From a virus (Duplodnaviria; Caudoviricetes): 37,500 nt of DNA. Positions 10,968 to 19,585 of the stretch are shown here, one piece after another; the first letter of the stretch is position 1, and each line of letters begins with the position of its first letter. The stretch lies in IMG/VR virus record IMGVR_UViG_3300020419_001035, positions 1 to 37,500 of that record, one strand, 5' to 3'. Below the pieces are notes generated by a model. It made no database searches, was not told where the DNA came from, and worked only from the letters and a program-made list of their open reading frames with translations. Both the position numbers and the translations under genes were made by a program.

Positions 10968-11686
10968 TGGCAGAGTATACCGTTAGAGTTGGATCTCAGC
11001 AACACAGTGTTGCTCTGAGAGAGAACCCTGCGTATAACTTGGATGTTAATTATCAAATTCCAACCAAGTCTACACAGTATACAAACTTAATACTTGATGA
11101 TATATCTGGTGGATTTGATGGTACACAAGATACGTTCACTCTTTCTGTTAACGGATCACCATATACACCAATAGATGAACAGCAATTATTGATCTCTATC
11201 AATGATGTAGTTCTCAAACCAAATACAGATTATATCGTTTCAAACGATCAAATTGTTTTTAGTACTCCACCTACTTCAGGACTTAGATTTTCTGGTGTTG
11301 CTTTAGTAACCACCGCAGATCTAACAAGAACTCTCAATTTTGTTATTGATGCTGGATCATTCCCAATGGCAATAGGACCAAAGGGTGATATGGCAATCGA
11401 TGTTACTGGTACTATTGAATCATGGATTCTGGTAGCAGATATTGCAGGTAATATTGAAGTAGATATATTGAAGTGTGCTTACGATGACTTTCCTAACTTC
11501 ACTTCAATAACAGGAACAGAAACACCGAGACTAGGTATTCTAAATACCAGTACAGAAATTAAATCGAAGGATGATAATCTTTCGACTTGGAACACCACAG
11601 TTAACGCTGGTGATATCTTCAGATTCAATGTAAACCATGTCCTGAACATAAGTAAGGCTAGTGTTGCACTGAGGATAAAATTATAA
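10967..11686 (+). CDS. Virion structural protein
   Basis: 239 aa, TAATG-coupled to the upstream gene. Contains the LDDISGGFDG..TFTL...LLISINDVVLKP..DY....IVFSTPP module seen in cyanophage baseplate/fibre proteins. Confidence 0.75.
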   Translation: MAEYTVRVGSQQHSVALRENPAYNLDVNYQIPTKSTQYTNLILDDISGGFDGTQDTFTLSVNGSPYTPIDEQQLLISINDVVLKPNTDYIVSNDQIVFSTPPTSGLRFSGVALVTTADLTRTLNFVIDAGSFPMAIGPKGDMAIDVTGTIESWILVADIAGNIEVDILKCAYDDFPNFTSITGTETPRLGILNTSTEIKSKDDNLSTWNTTVNAGDIFRFNVNHVLNISKASVALRIKL

Positions 11687-11706
11687 ATAATTGGTGGTTA
11701 TAAATA
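11682..11706 (+). promoter_or_regulatory. Two tandem T4-type late promoters
   Basis: TATAAATA at 11682-11689 and 11699-11706, followed by the RBS gagga and ATG 11744. Confidence 0.8.
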
Positions 11707-11743
11707 ATCATACATAGCAACGTAATTAGGACAGAGGAAAACA

Positions 11744-13132
11744 ATGGCACTCTTAGTCACCGACAACGGCGAGATTGATTCTCTAAGGAATCTGCTAAAC
11801 TATTCGCAGAACATCCCTAGGAACCTTATTCTTAAGTTGTTCACTACAGATACATATCCTGCTGAGAGTGACACTCCCTCACAGACAAGATATTTCGAAC
11901 CATACACCGAGAACAATACTAACGGTTATGGTGGAGCACCTACTACAGGATATCCTGCAATCATCAATAATAGGACTGATCAGGATTATGCACAGCAATA
12001 TGGTATCTTGCTGAACGGTAACCGTTGGGGAATTGAGACTGAACCAACTGCTGTCACAACAACTAATGGTGATGGTACATCTGGAACATACCTAGTTACG
12101 GTTGCTTCTAACACAGGTATTAAAAAAGGTGACTATGTTACTGGTGGATCTGTCGGCACTGGTGCATATGTTGTTGACATTGATGGTACTACACTTAACT
12201 TAAGTGTTAAGAACACTGGTAACTTCACTGCACAACCATTAAGTTTTGGTAGAGGACGTACAACTGCTTCTTATCCAGAGCAAACATTTACATTTGATGG
12301 TCCTGCTGGTAACGTATACGGTTATTTCCTTTCACGTGCTAACAACATGCCTACAACCATTCATGGTGTAGCTGATGCTGGTACTGCTGCTACAGGAACA
12401 GAGATTTCTAAGTCTGGTGTTCGTGGTACTATCGGAAACAACTATATCACTCTTGCTGCTGTTGCTTCAACCACTGCTGCTACTGGTACTGCTGGTGAGT
12501 TCGAAGTTGTTGTTACAGCTACAACTGGAATCGTTGTTGGACAACGTGTTACTGGAACTAACGTTGCTCAGGGAGCACGTGTTACTGGAATCGTTGGTAC
12601 TACAGTTTATCTAAGTAAGGCAAACGGTGGTGCTGTTAGTGGCGACTTGGTATTCCAAGCAAACGTTGCTGAAGATCTTGCTCTTGGAATGAGAGTTTCT
12701 CAGACAACTACACCTAATGGTATTGATGCTGCTACAGTTATTACTGGTATCGATTACGAGACAGATGATACAGACGGAACAGTAACTGTATATCTCAATA
12801 ACGTTCTTATTGAGAACATTCAGACTTCTAACGGTAATGACGTTGTTAAGTTTAACTTCAGTAAAGTAACTGCTACAGGGCATGGTCTAGAACCAGGCGA
12901 TGCAGTTTACATCGATCAGGGAACAGGTAATACCACAACTACTGCTGGTACTTACATTGTATTTGAGACTCCTGATGCAAACACCTTCACGACTACTAAA
13001 GCACTTGATGGAACAGGTTCTGTGACACTCTATGATGCAATATTCTTCGCTGAAAGGTTCACAAATGGTCCTTACGCTATTCAAAACGCTGGTGACCAAA
13101 TCAAAGTGACTCTGAACGTCAGCCTAGACTGA
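11744..13132 (+). CDS. Abundant virion structural protein, probable major fibre/filament subunit
   Basis: 462 aa, T/G/V-rich, strongly biased codons (aac, ttc, atc, cgt). Double late promoter upstream and terminator downstream. Confidence 0.7.
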   Translation: MALLVTDNGEIDSLRNLLNYSQNIPRNLILKLFTTDTYPAESDTPSQTRYFEPYTENNTNGYGGAPTTGYPAIINNRTDQDYAQQYGILLNGNRWGIETEPTAVTTTNGDGTSGTYLVTVASNTGIKKGDYVTGGSVGTGAYVVDIDGTTLNLSVKNTGNFTAQPLSFGRGRTTASYPEQTFTFDGPAGNVYGYFLSRANNMPTTIHGVADAGTAATGTEISKSGVRGTIGNNYITLAAVASTTAATGTAGEFEVVVTATTGIVVGQRVTGTNVAQGARVTGIVGTTVYLSKANGGAVSGDLVFQANVAEDLALGMRVSQTTTPNGIDAATVITGIDYETDDTDGTVTVYLNNVLIENIQTSNGNDVVKFNFSKVTATGHGLEPGDAVYIDQGTGNTTTTAGTYIVFETPDANTFTTTKALDGTGSVTLYDAIFFAERFTNGPYAIQNAGDQIKVTLNVSLD

Positions 13133-13162
13133 TTGATTCAATTGAATTCATTATTATGTGTG

Positions 13163-13195
13163 AGGGGATTCGTTATTGGATCCCCTTTTTGTTTT
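13163..13195 (+). terminator. Rho-independent terminator
   Basis: aggggattc-gttatt-ggatcccct stem-loop followed by ttttgtttt. Confidence 0.85.
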
Positions 13196-13215
13196 AGTGG
13201 AGGGATACTGAATTA

Positions 13216-16200
13216 ATGGCAACGCATGTCTATACAACTGGTATAGGTGGTCCATATGGATCAAGTTTTGCGCTGCGTATTTTTAGTGGAGAGAAAGCAT
13301 CATATACATGGGATCCTTCATGCATTGAACCGTTTATAAAACTTGACTACGGTTTAAGTTCATTAGCATCAACACCCACAACCGTTATTGACGGTGGATC
13401 TATCAACGACGTAGAAGCTGTTGCGGTTGATGATTGGGGTAGAATAATTTACACTGATGTTGTCCGACCTTACGGTTTCATCAGACCGAAGACTGCTACA
13501 CAGTGGACAGTTTTACATGCATGGGTTGGTACAGGTACTGTCTTCGAGATGGGCAATACCTACTATCGTCTCATGGCTCCTTGGATCGTTCAAGGTACAG
13601 TACGAGTATCAGGTAGTGCGGTTACACACTGGGTTCCAGACCTCGAATTCGACGGGTTGTTTGGGATCCAGTCCCTCACAACGGAAGCTTTCTCTAAGAA
13701 AGAATCTGGTGACGGTGAACTGTACAAGATTGGATCTGGTACAGTTACTAGAAGTATTTCAATTGAGTCCAAAGGACTATTCAGATTTAAGAGTAACGCA
13801 GAGGTTTCCTTCAGACCTAACTGGGTGGGATATGTTACAGCCCAGATTTCAGGAGAAGTCTCAGATATTAAGCGTACATTTGGATTTGAGGGTTCAGGTA
13901 CTCTACCTAATATTAATAGCGAAGATAATAGTAGAACATACGCATATAATAGTTCTGCTGTTGTTGAGTTTGAATATGAGGACTACGGAACGATTCCGAT
14001 ACAGTCCTATCAAGTTATCTCTACAAACCAAGTACTGTCAGGTGTAAGTACTGGTTCTGTAGTACAAATTAATCCTACAATAACTGCAACTGTAGATCCT
14101 AGTGGATATCAGGTTGCACCTCATTCGGGTACGTATACAGACTCGATTGAACATGCTCCAGTGTCTGTTGGTAAGACAACCAATCTTGACTGGGGTCTTC
14201 TTAGTATCACTGGTACTCTGTTCCCATACGGTATTGGTGAACTCAAAGGTACTGCTAAACAGAACTTCGTACCTAACTGGATTGGTACTGGTGAAGTTAA
14301 GGTTCAGGGTTCAGGTAGAGGAAGAACCAAACCGAAATGGATTGGATTCGTTAGGAATCTTGTTACTGGTACTCTTGCAGAGAGCACTAGTATTAGTGAG
14401 ATTGGATCTGGCGTACTATTCAACTTCTCTAGAGCAGACGAGGCATTCACCTTCACATATGAGGGTTCTGGTAACCTATACAAAATTGGTGGTGGTGAAG
14501 AGAGTGTCACTACAGACTACGTTGCTACTGGTACTCTTGCTCCATTACAATCTAACGTTAAGGTTAACTTCGTACCTAACTGGAGAGGTTTTGGTGTTCT
14601 TGATGTCACAGGTGAAGTTACCAACATCAAGAGAACATTTGGTGAACAACCATTTGGTACTATTCCAGTATTCACTGGAGATGCATACGCTGAAAGAGTT
14701 ACTTGGGATTACAACGATACTTCTATCGTACCATTTGGTTATGAAGACTTCGGTCCATTACCAGGAACTGCTACTGTCGAGGAGATATCTACAACTACGA
14801 TCCTCTCAGGTACATCTACAGGATCCGTTGTCAGGATTAACGTTGGTGTTGTTGCGGTAGTAGATCCAGACTATACAGTCTCTCTTGTATCTAACTTTAC
14901 ACCAGGTGCAACCTTTGATTATGGCATCATTGCTGAGGGTTACTCTGGTAATATTGATTGGGGATATATTTCTCAGACAGTATGGCAGTATCCTTTTGGT
15001 GCTCTTCAGTATACCAGCAATACACATACATCACGTACTGTTGGATTTATTGCAGAGGTTACATTCGATGCAGCGATCAAGATTCGTTCAGAGACTTGGG
15101 TACGTATCAACCCACAGTGGAATGGATTTATTCCAATTGATGTTACTGGTGAGGCAACTTACAGTGTTACCAGACCATACACAGGTGAAGGTCGTGCATT
15201 CAGTATTGTATACGCTGAAGCTTCACGTGTATTTGACTACGTTGGTCAAGGTCAGATCTACAAGATTGGTGGTGCAGTTGAATCTGTATCCTTCAACCCA
15301 GATGAGAAGCAGGCTCTATTCCCAATCAGGGGTGTTGCTGACATTAGATTTGCACCTAATTGGAATGCCTTTGGTACTCTTTGGGCATCTCAGGGAACAG
15401 CAGAACCTGTACTTAGATCCTTCTCTTATGAAGGTACAGGTAATCTATCTACTCTTATTGGTGGATCTACATGTAGAACTTATGATTACAATGAGACATC
15501 TACAAATCTACATCAGTACAGAGATTATGCAAGTCTACCTGGTGTCGGTACTATCACCGAGATCACACCAAGTCAGAGTATCACTGGTACATCACCAACT
15601 TCTATTATCAGAATTGGTCTCAATGGTGTTGTTGCAAACATACCTGTTGGTCAGACATACGAGATCGATCCTTGGCTCTCAGGTGGAGCAACAACAATCC
15701 ACGACGGTGGATCAATTACAGATCCTGGTGCAACGGTAAGAGAGGATTATGGATTTACATCCACAATCAGTTCTATCAGAACAAAAGTTTCCGAATACCC
15801 ATTTGGAAAACTTGTCAGTTTTGTTTCTATTGCAGCACCTGCTCAGACGAAGATCTTCATATCGGATGGTATCGAATGGGAGCAAGCGATCAAGATTCGT
15901 TCAGAGTCAGAAGTTCGTGTTCCACCTCAGTGGGTTACTCAAGAACCAGTACTGTGGTCTTGGAGTGGTGCAGCAGAATGTACAGCAGTCATTCCACCAA
16001 CAGATGCACCGCAGTTCAAATTTACTGGTGGTTATACAAGTCTCAAGTTTATCACAGCAGAAGTTGGTTCTGCACACATGGAAGTATCTGGTCGTTGCCA
16101 AGAGGCAATTGTATCAGACACCAACAGATTCGTTATTATCGACGTTTCTGGAAACGCAGCAGAGAACTTCAGTCTTCACTTCCATGGATCTGGAAACCTC

Positions 16201-18666
16201 TTCACTATTGGAGCAAGTTCCGAAGCGGTTACATTCGATATACCTGCATTCCAAGCAGACCTCACATTTGGTGGATTTGCAAGTCAGAAGTTTACTGTTG
16301 CAGAACAGTTTACAGTCGATATCGATCTTTCTGGTACTGCACTGGAGAAACATACAGAAGACTGGGTTGGTCAATCTCATACAGAGATATTCAACACATC
16401 TGTTGTACCACTCATCACGAAGCATTGGACTGGAGAAGGTCGGATCTTCAACTTCAGTGGTGCAGTCGAAGCGGTTACATTCAACCCACTCGAACTTGGA
16501 GCACTATTCGACTTCACAGGTCGTCTCGACGAACGTCGTACATTTGCTATTACTGGTCTTGTTCTCACAGAAGTACGTGGAACATCAAGTCCAGAACTAC
16601 TTACATTTGCAGAGCAACCATTCGTTCCAGTCGATGTTACTGGAGATGCTGCTCTTCTCAGGACACGTGCTTATCAAGGAGAAGGTCAAGTCTTCTCTGT
16701 TGGTGGAGCAGCAGAGTCTATTACTCTCAAACTTCCAGAGTTTACAGCAGACGCAGTTGTCAAGGGTGCTGTATCTCAGAGATTCACCTTTGGTGGCAAT
16801 ATTGGATCTGGTGTATTCACAGTCTTTGGAGAGATTGCAGATCCACTACTTACATTCGCAGAACAACCACTCGGAAACATATATCTCAGTGGAGATGCGG
16901 TTGTTGTCAACGTCGATATTCACTTTGGTGTTGGTGGACTGTTCTCTATTGGAGCAGCAAACGAGGCTATCACTCTCAAATTACCTGCCTTCCAAGCAGA
17001 TATATCATTCAGTCCAGAGAAAGCAGGTGTTGCTGCAACATTCAGAGAGATTGGTCAAGGAGAAATTCTCTTCAGTGGAGAAGTTTCAGAACCAATTCTC
17101 ACATTTGCAGAGCAACCAAGTATCGAAGTCGATATCTTTGGTGCTTCTACATCTTCCAGATCTCACGTATGGGTTGGCGAAGGTCGTATATTTGCTATCA
17201 GTGGTGCAGCAGAGAGTGTCACATTTGTCTTGCCAGAATTCCAGGCAGACATGGCACTCAAAGGGTTTGGTGCATTCATCAGAACCTTCAGCGAGAGATT
17301 CACAGTCGAGTCCAAACTGTCTGGCACAGCAAGTATCAAGTACATTCCAAACTGGATTGGTTCTGGTACTACAACAATCGATGTTACATCCACATTCTCT
17401 CGCACGAGAGACTTTGTTGGAGAAGGAAGGATCTTCAACATCAGTGGTGCATCCGAAAGTGTTACCTTCAATCCAGAAGAGAAGCAGATACTATTCTCTA
17501 TTGGTGGTACAAAAACAGAAACTGTTGCATTCAGTCCAGACGAAGTACCAGTATTCCTCGATATTACTGGAGAAGCATTCGAGAGATTCACACCAAACAA
17601 TATTGGTTCTGGTACTATCTACGTCGATGTTACAACAGACGTTACTCGTACAAGAGACTTTGTTGGAGAAGGACGTATCTTCAACATCAGTGGTGCTTCA
17701 GAGAGTTTCACTGTCAACCCAGACGAGACTACTGCACTATTCTCTATTGGTGGTGTTTCAAGTCAGGCTGTTGTCAGAAGAGAGATTGTATTTGGTACAC
17801 TCTTTGGATTCTCTGGTGCTTCAGAAAGTGTTGGAGTCGTACCAGAAGCAACAGGACTCTTCACATTCAAGGGTCGTGCAGAGGAAGCAACAACATTCGT
17901 CGAAGTTGGATTCGGAGATCTATTCAACTTTGTTACCAGCATTGAGCGTCGTACATTTGATTGGACTTCTCAAATCGATCTTGGTGTTTCTGGTATTGCA
18001 GACGAGAAGCATACAGAAGCATACGTTGGATTTGGTCGTCTTTACAACTTTGCTGGTGCTGCCGAGACAATTGCATTCTCTCCAGAACTCTATGGAGTTG
18101 TACATGTATTTGGTGCAGCAGATACACCAAGAACAAGAGTTACAGTTGGAACTGGATCATTCTTCACATGGAACAATGCATCCGAATCCAGAACAATTAC
18201 ATACGAGAATGTTGCAATCTTCGACTTCTTGGGTGTTGCAAGACAGGCAATTACAAGAAACATTCTTACAGATGTTACTGTCGAGGTCAGAGGATCAGGT
18301 GCAGAATCCTTTACAAGGAAGGGATATATTGGAGAAGGTTCCGCATCATTCTCTGGAGAATCTACTTCCAGTATTACAACTACACACGATGGTTCAGGAA
18401 GGATCGATGTCTTCGAAGAGGACAATATTCCTACTATTGTCAAGAGCTTCGTTGGTTCAGGTCGTATACCTTCTGTATCAAGTGCAGAAGTCCTCCGTGT
18501 CTTCAGTTACGATGGACACTGCCCAATTGAGATTGATATCACAACCAAAGTTATTGCACCTTATCAGAGATTTGTATCTGAAGGTGGAGTTATTTTACAT
18601 GTTGGTGAAGGTACAACAAGACGCATACAAGTTGCACCACCAAGATCTTATGGTTGGATTATCTAA
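13216..18666 (+). CDS. 1816-aa repetitive virion protein (putative fibre scaffold/ruler)
   Basis: About 20-aa periodic GxGxxFxxxGxxxExxTF units throughout; four larger modules in the N-terminal half (YxYN...DYG...DWG...P(Y/F)G); RBS ggagg upstream. Confidence 0.8.
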   Translation: MATHVYTTGIGGPYGSSFALRIFSGEKASYTWDPSCIEPFIKLDYGLSSLASTPTTVIDGGSINDVEAVAVDDWGRIIYTDVVRPYGFIRPKTATQWTVLHAWVGTGTVFEMGNTYYRLMAPWIVQGTVRVSGSAVTHWVPDLEFDGLFGIQSLTTEAFSKKESGDGELYKIGSGTVTRSISIESKGLFRFKSNAEVSFRPNWVGYVTAQISGEVSDIKRTFGFEGSGTLPNINSEDNSRTYAYNSSAVVEFEYEDYGTIPIQSYQVISTNQVLSGVSTGSVVQINPTITATVDPSGYQVAPHSGTYTDSIEHAPVSVGKTTNLDWGLLSITGTLFPYGIGELKGTAKQNFVPNWIGTGEVKVQGSGRGRTKPKWIGFVRNLVTGTLAESTSISEIGSGVLFNFSRADEAFTFTYEGSGNLYKIGGGEESVTTDYVATGTLAPLQSNVKVNFVPNWRGFGVLDVTGEVTNIKRTFGEQPFGTIPVFTGDAYAERVTWDYNDTSIVPFGYEDFGPLPGTATVEEISTTTILSGTSTGSVVRINVGVVAVVDPDYTVSLVSNFTPGATFDYGIIAEGYSGNIDWGYISQTVWQYPFGALQYTSNTHTSRTVGFIAEVTFDAAIKIRSETWVRINPQWNGFIPIDVTGEATYSVTRPYTGEGRAFSIVYAEASRVFDYVGQGQIYKIGGAVESVSFNPDEKQALFPIRGVADIRFAPNWNAFGTLWASQGTAEPVLRSFSYEGTGNLSTLIGGSTCRTYDYNETSTNLHQYRDYASLPGVGTITEITPSQSITGTSPTSIIRIGLNGVVANIPVGQTYEIDPWLSGGATTIHDGGSITDPGATVREDYGFTSTISSIRTKVSEYPFGKLVSFVSIAAPAQTKIFISDGIEWEQAIKIRSESEVRVPPQWVTQEPVLWSWSGAAECTAVIPPTDAPQFKFTGGYTSLKFITAEVGSAHMEVSGRCQEAIVSDTNRFVIIDVSGNAAENFSLHFHGSGNLFTIGASSEAVTFDIPAFQADLTFGGFASQKFTVAEQFTVDIDLSGTALEKHTEDWVGQSHTEIFNTSVVPLITKHWTGEGRIFNFSGAVEAVTFNPLELGALFDFTGRLDERRTFAITGLVLTEVRGTSSPELLTFAEQPFVPVDVTGDAALLRTRAYQGEGQVFSVGGAAESITLKLPEFTADAVVKGAVSQRFTFGGNIGSGVFTVFGEIADPLLTFAEQPLGNIYLSGDAVVVNVDIHFGVGGLFSIGAANEAITLKLPAFQADISFSPEKAGVAATFREIGQGEILFSGEVSEPILTFAEQPSIEVDIFGASTSSRSHVWVGEGRIFAISGAAESVTFVLPEFQADMALKGFGAFIRTFSERFTVESKLSGTASIKYIPNWIGSGTTTIDVTSTFSRTRDFVGEGRIFNISGASESVTFNPEEKQILFSIGGTKTETVAFSPDEVPVFLDITGEAFERFTPNNIGSGTIYVDVTTDVTRTRDFVGEGRIFNISGASESFTVNPDETTALFSIGGVSSQAVVRREIVFGTLFGFSGASESVGVVPEATGLFTFKGRAEEATTFVEVGFGDLFNFVTSIERRTFDWTSQIDLGVSGIADEKHTEAYVGFGRLYNFAGAAETIAFSPELYGVVHVFGAADTPRTRVTVGTGSFFTWNNASESRTITYENVAIFDFLGVARQAITRNILTDVTVEVRGSGAESFTRKGYIGEGSASFSGESTSSITTTHDGSGRIDVFEEDNIPTIVKSFVGSGRIPSVSSAEVLRVFSYDGHCPIEIDITTKVIAPYQRFVSEGGVILHVGEGTTRRIQVAPPRSYGWII
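15072..15906 (+). repeat. 22-nt exact direct repeat (15072-15093, 15885-15906)
   Basis: agcgatcaagattcgttcagag (AIKIRSE) at the ends of two large modules. Confidence 0.8.
17407..17696 (+). repeat. 44-nt near-exact direct repeat (17407-17450, 17653-17696)
   Basis: agagactttgttggagaagga.g.atcttcaacatcagtggtgc (RDFVGEGRIFNISGA), 246 nt apart. Confidence 0.8.
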
Positions 18667-18674
18667 TATAAATA
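18667..18674 (+). promoter_or_regulatory. T4-type late promoter
   Basis: TATAAATA directly after the stop codon at 18666; variant CATAAATA at 18678-18685. Confidence 0.75.
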
Positions 18675-18708
18675 TCTCATAAATATATTTGGTATCGAAT
18701 AATCACTG

Positions 18709-19170
18709 ATGACAACTCAGGTTCAATTCCGAAGGGGTACAACAGCTGAACATGCACTTTTCACTGGAGCACAAGGTGAGCTGACGATTGATACTGACAA
18801 AAATATGGCCGTCATTCACGACGGAACCACCACTGGTGGATTTGACGTTTTCAGAGCGAGGTGGGAATATATCAATTCTGATCAAACTCTTGGAACAAGC
18901 CTTCGTTATTTGGTGGACTCCTCCAATGGTCCAGTATCGTTAACTCTTCCGCTTTATAATAACCAATTAGTTCCCAAGTCTGGGGATGTAATTGAGTTCA
19001 TTGATGTAAAGTTTAGTTGGGATATAAATAATGTTACTCTGACGGACCCTATCGGACGACAATTTCAAAATACATTTGGAGTTATTTCATCTCCTCTAGT
19101 TTTTGACGTTAAAGGCGCAGGTGTTCAATTAATTTGGGAAGGAGTTTACTGGAGGGTTATTGTCACATGA
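18709..19170 (+). CDS. Tail fibre adaptor: Mtd-N-like domain plus gp34-like repeat domain
   Basis: N-terminal QVQFRRGTTAEH..FTGAQGELTIDTDK....HDGTTTGG (major tropism determinant N-terminal type); C-terminal VDSSNGPVSLTLP...GDVIEFID.....NNVT...W. Confidence 0.75.
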   Translation: MTTQVQFRRGTTAEHALFTGAQGELTIDTDKNMAVIHDGTTTGGFDVFRARWEYINSDQTLGTSLRYLVDSSNGPVSLTLPLYNNQLVPKSGDVIEFIDVKFSWDINNVTLTDPIGRQFQNTFGVISSPLVFDVKGAGVQLIWEGVYWRVIVT

Positions 19171-19574
19171 CAATGTACATAAGCGATAGTTTTAGAGGCG
19201 GTGGCACTAGCTCAGGTGGTGGCGGTGGCACAGGTTTTGCAAGCAATAACTACGATCTAGGAAACGATTTTACAATACATGCGTTATCAAGAGACGACGA
19301 TGGTATGCTTAACTATACCAAAATCCGAAGTATAGATGACGATGTAGTAACTTTCCATCGTAAAGATGGTACTCCGTACCTAGATATTGCGACAGGTATG
19401 ACAGATTATGTGGAAGAAACTACAGAATCTAAATCATATACTAACCATCCACAAGATGAATATCAACAATATAGATTTGATAGTAGGAAAGTAACCTACT
19501 TCATTGATGACAACGGATATTTCTGTGTTCGTTTCAATGAATCTTACGATTATACAACCGAGGGACCTAAGTAA
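19167..19574 (+). CDS. Conserved tail-region protein
   Basis: ATG 19167 overlaps the upstream TGA (ATGA) and is preferred over TTG 19134. Gly linker followed by ...QQYRFDSRKVTYFIDDNGYFCVRFNESYDY. Confidence 0.7.
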   Translation: MTMYISDSFRGGGTSSGGGGGTGFASNNYDLGNDFTIHALSRDDDGMLNYTKIRSIDDDVVTFHRKDGTPYLDIATGMTDYVEETTESKSYTNHPQDEYQQYRFDSRKVTYFIDDNGYFCVRFNESYDYTTEGPK

Positions 19575-19585
19575 AGGAAAAACAA

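Noticed and set aside
15672-18682. 757-aa and 977-aa alternative-frame ORFs as ordinary independent genes
   Set aside because: No recognisable domains, skewed composition dictated by the main frame and no clear RBS. Not annotated as CDS, but their joint openness is reported as the top finding.
19134-19166. TTG start for the 146-aa ORF
   Set aside because: ATG 19167 overlapping the upstream stop (ATGA) is the more typical coupled start.
18709-19170. Diversity-generating retroelement suggested by the Mtd-N-like domain and direct repeats
   Set aside because: No reverse transcriptase in the window; the 75-nt repeat differs by G/C and T/C, not adenine-specific changes.
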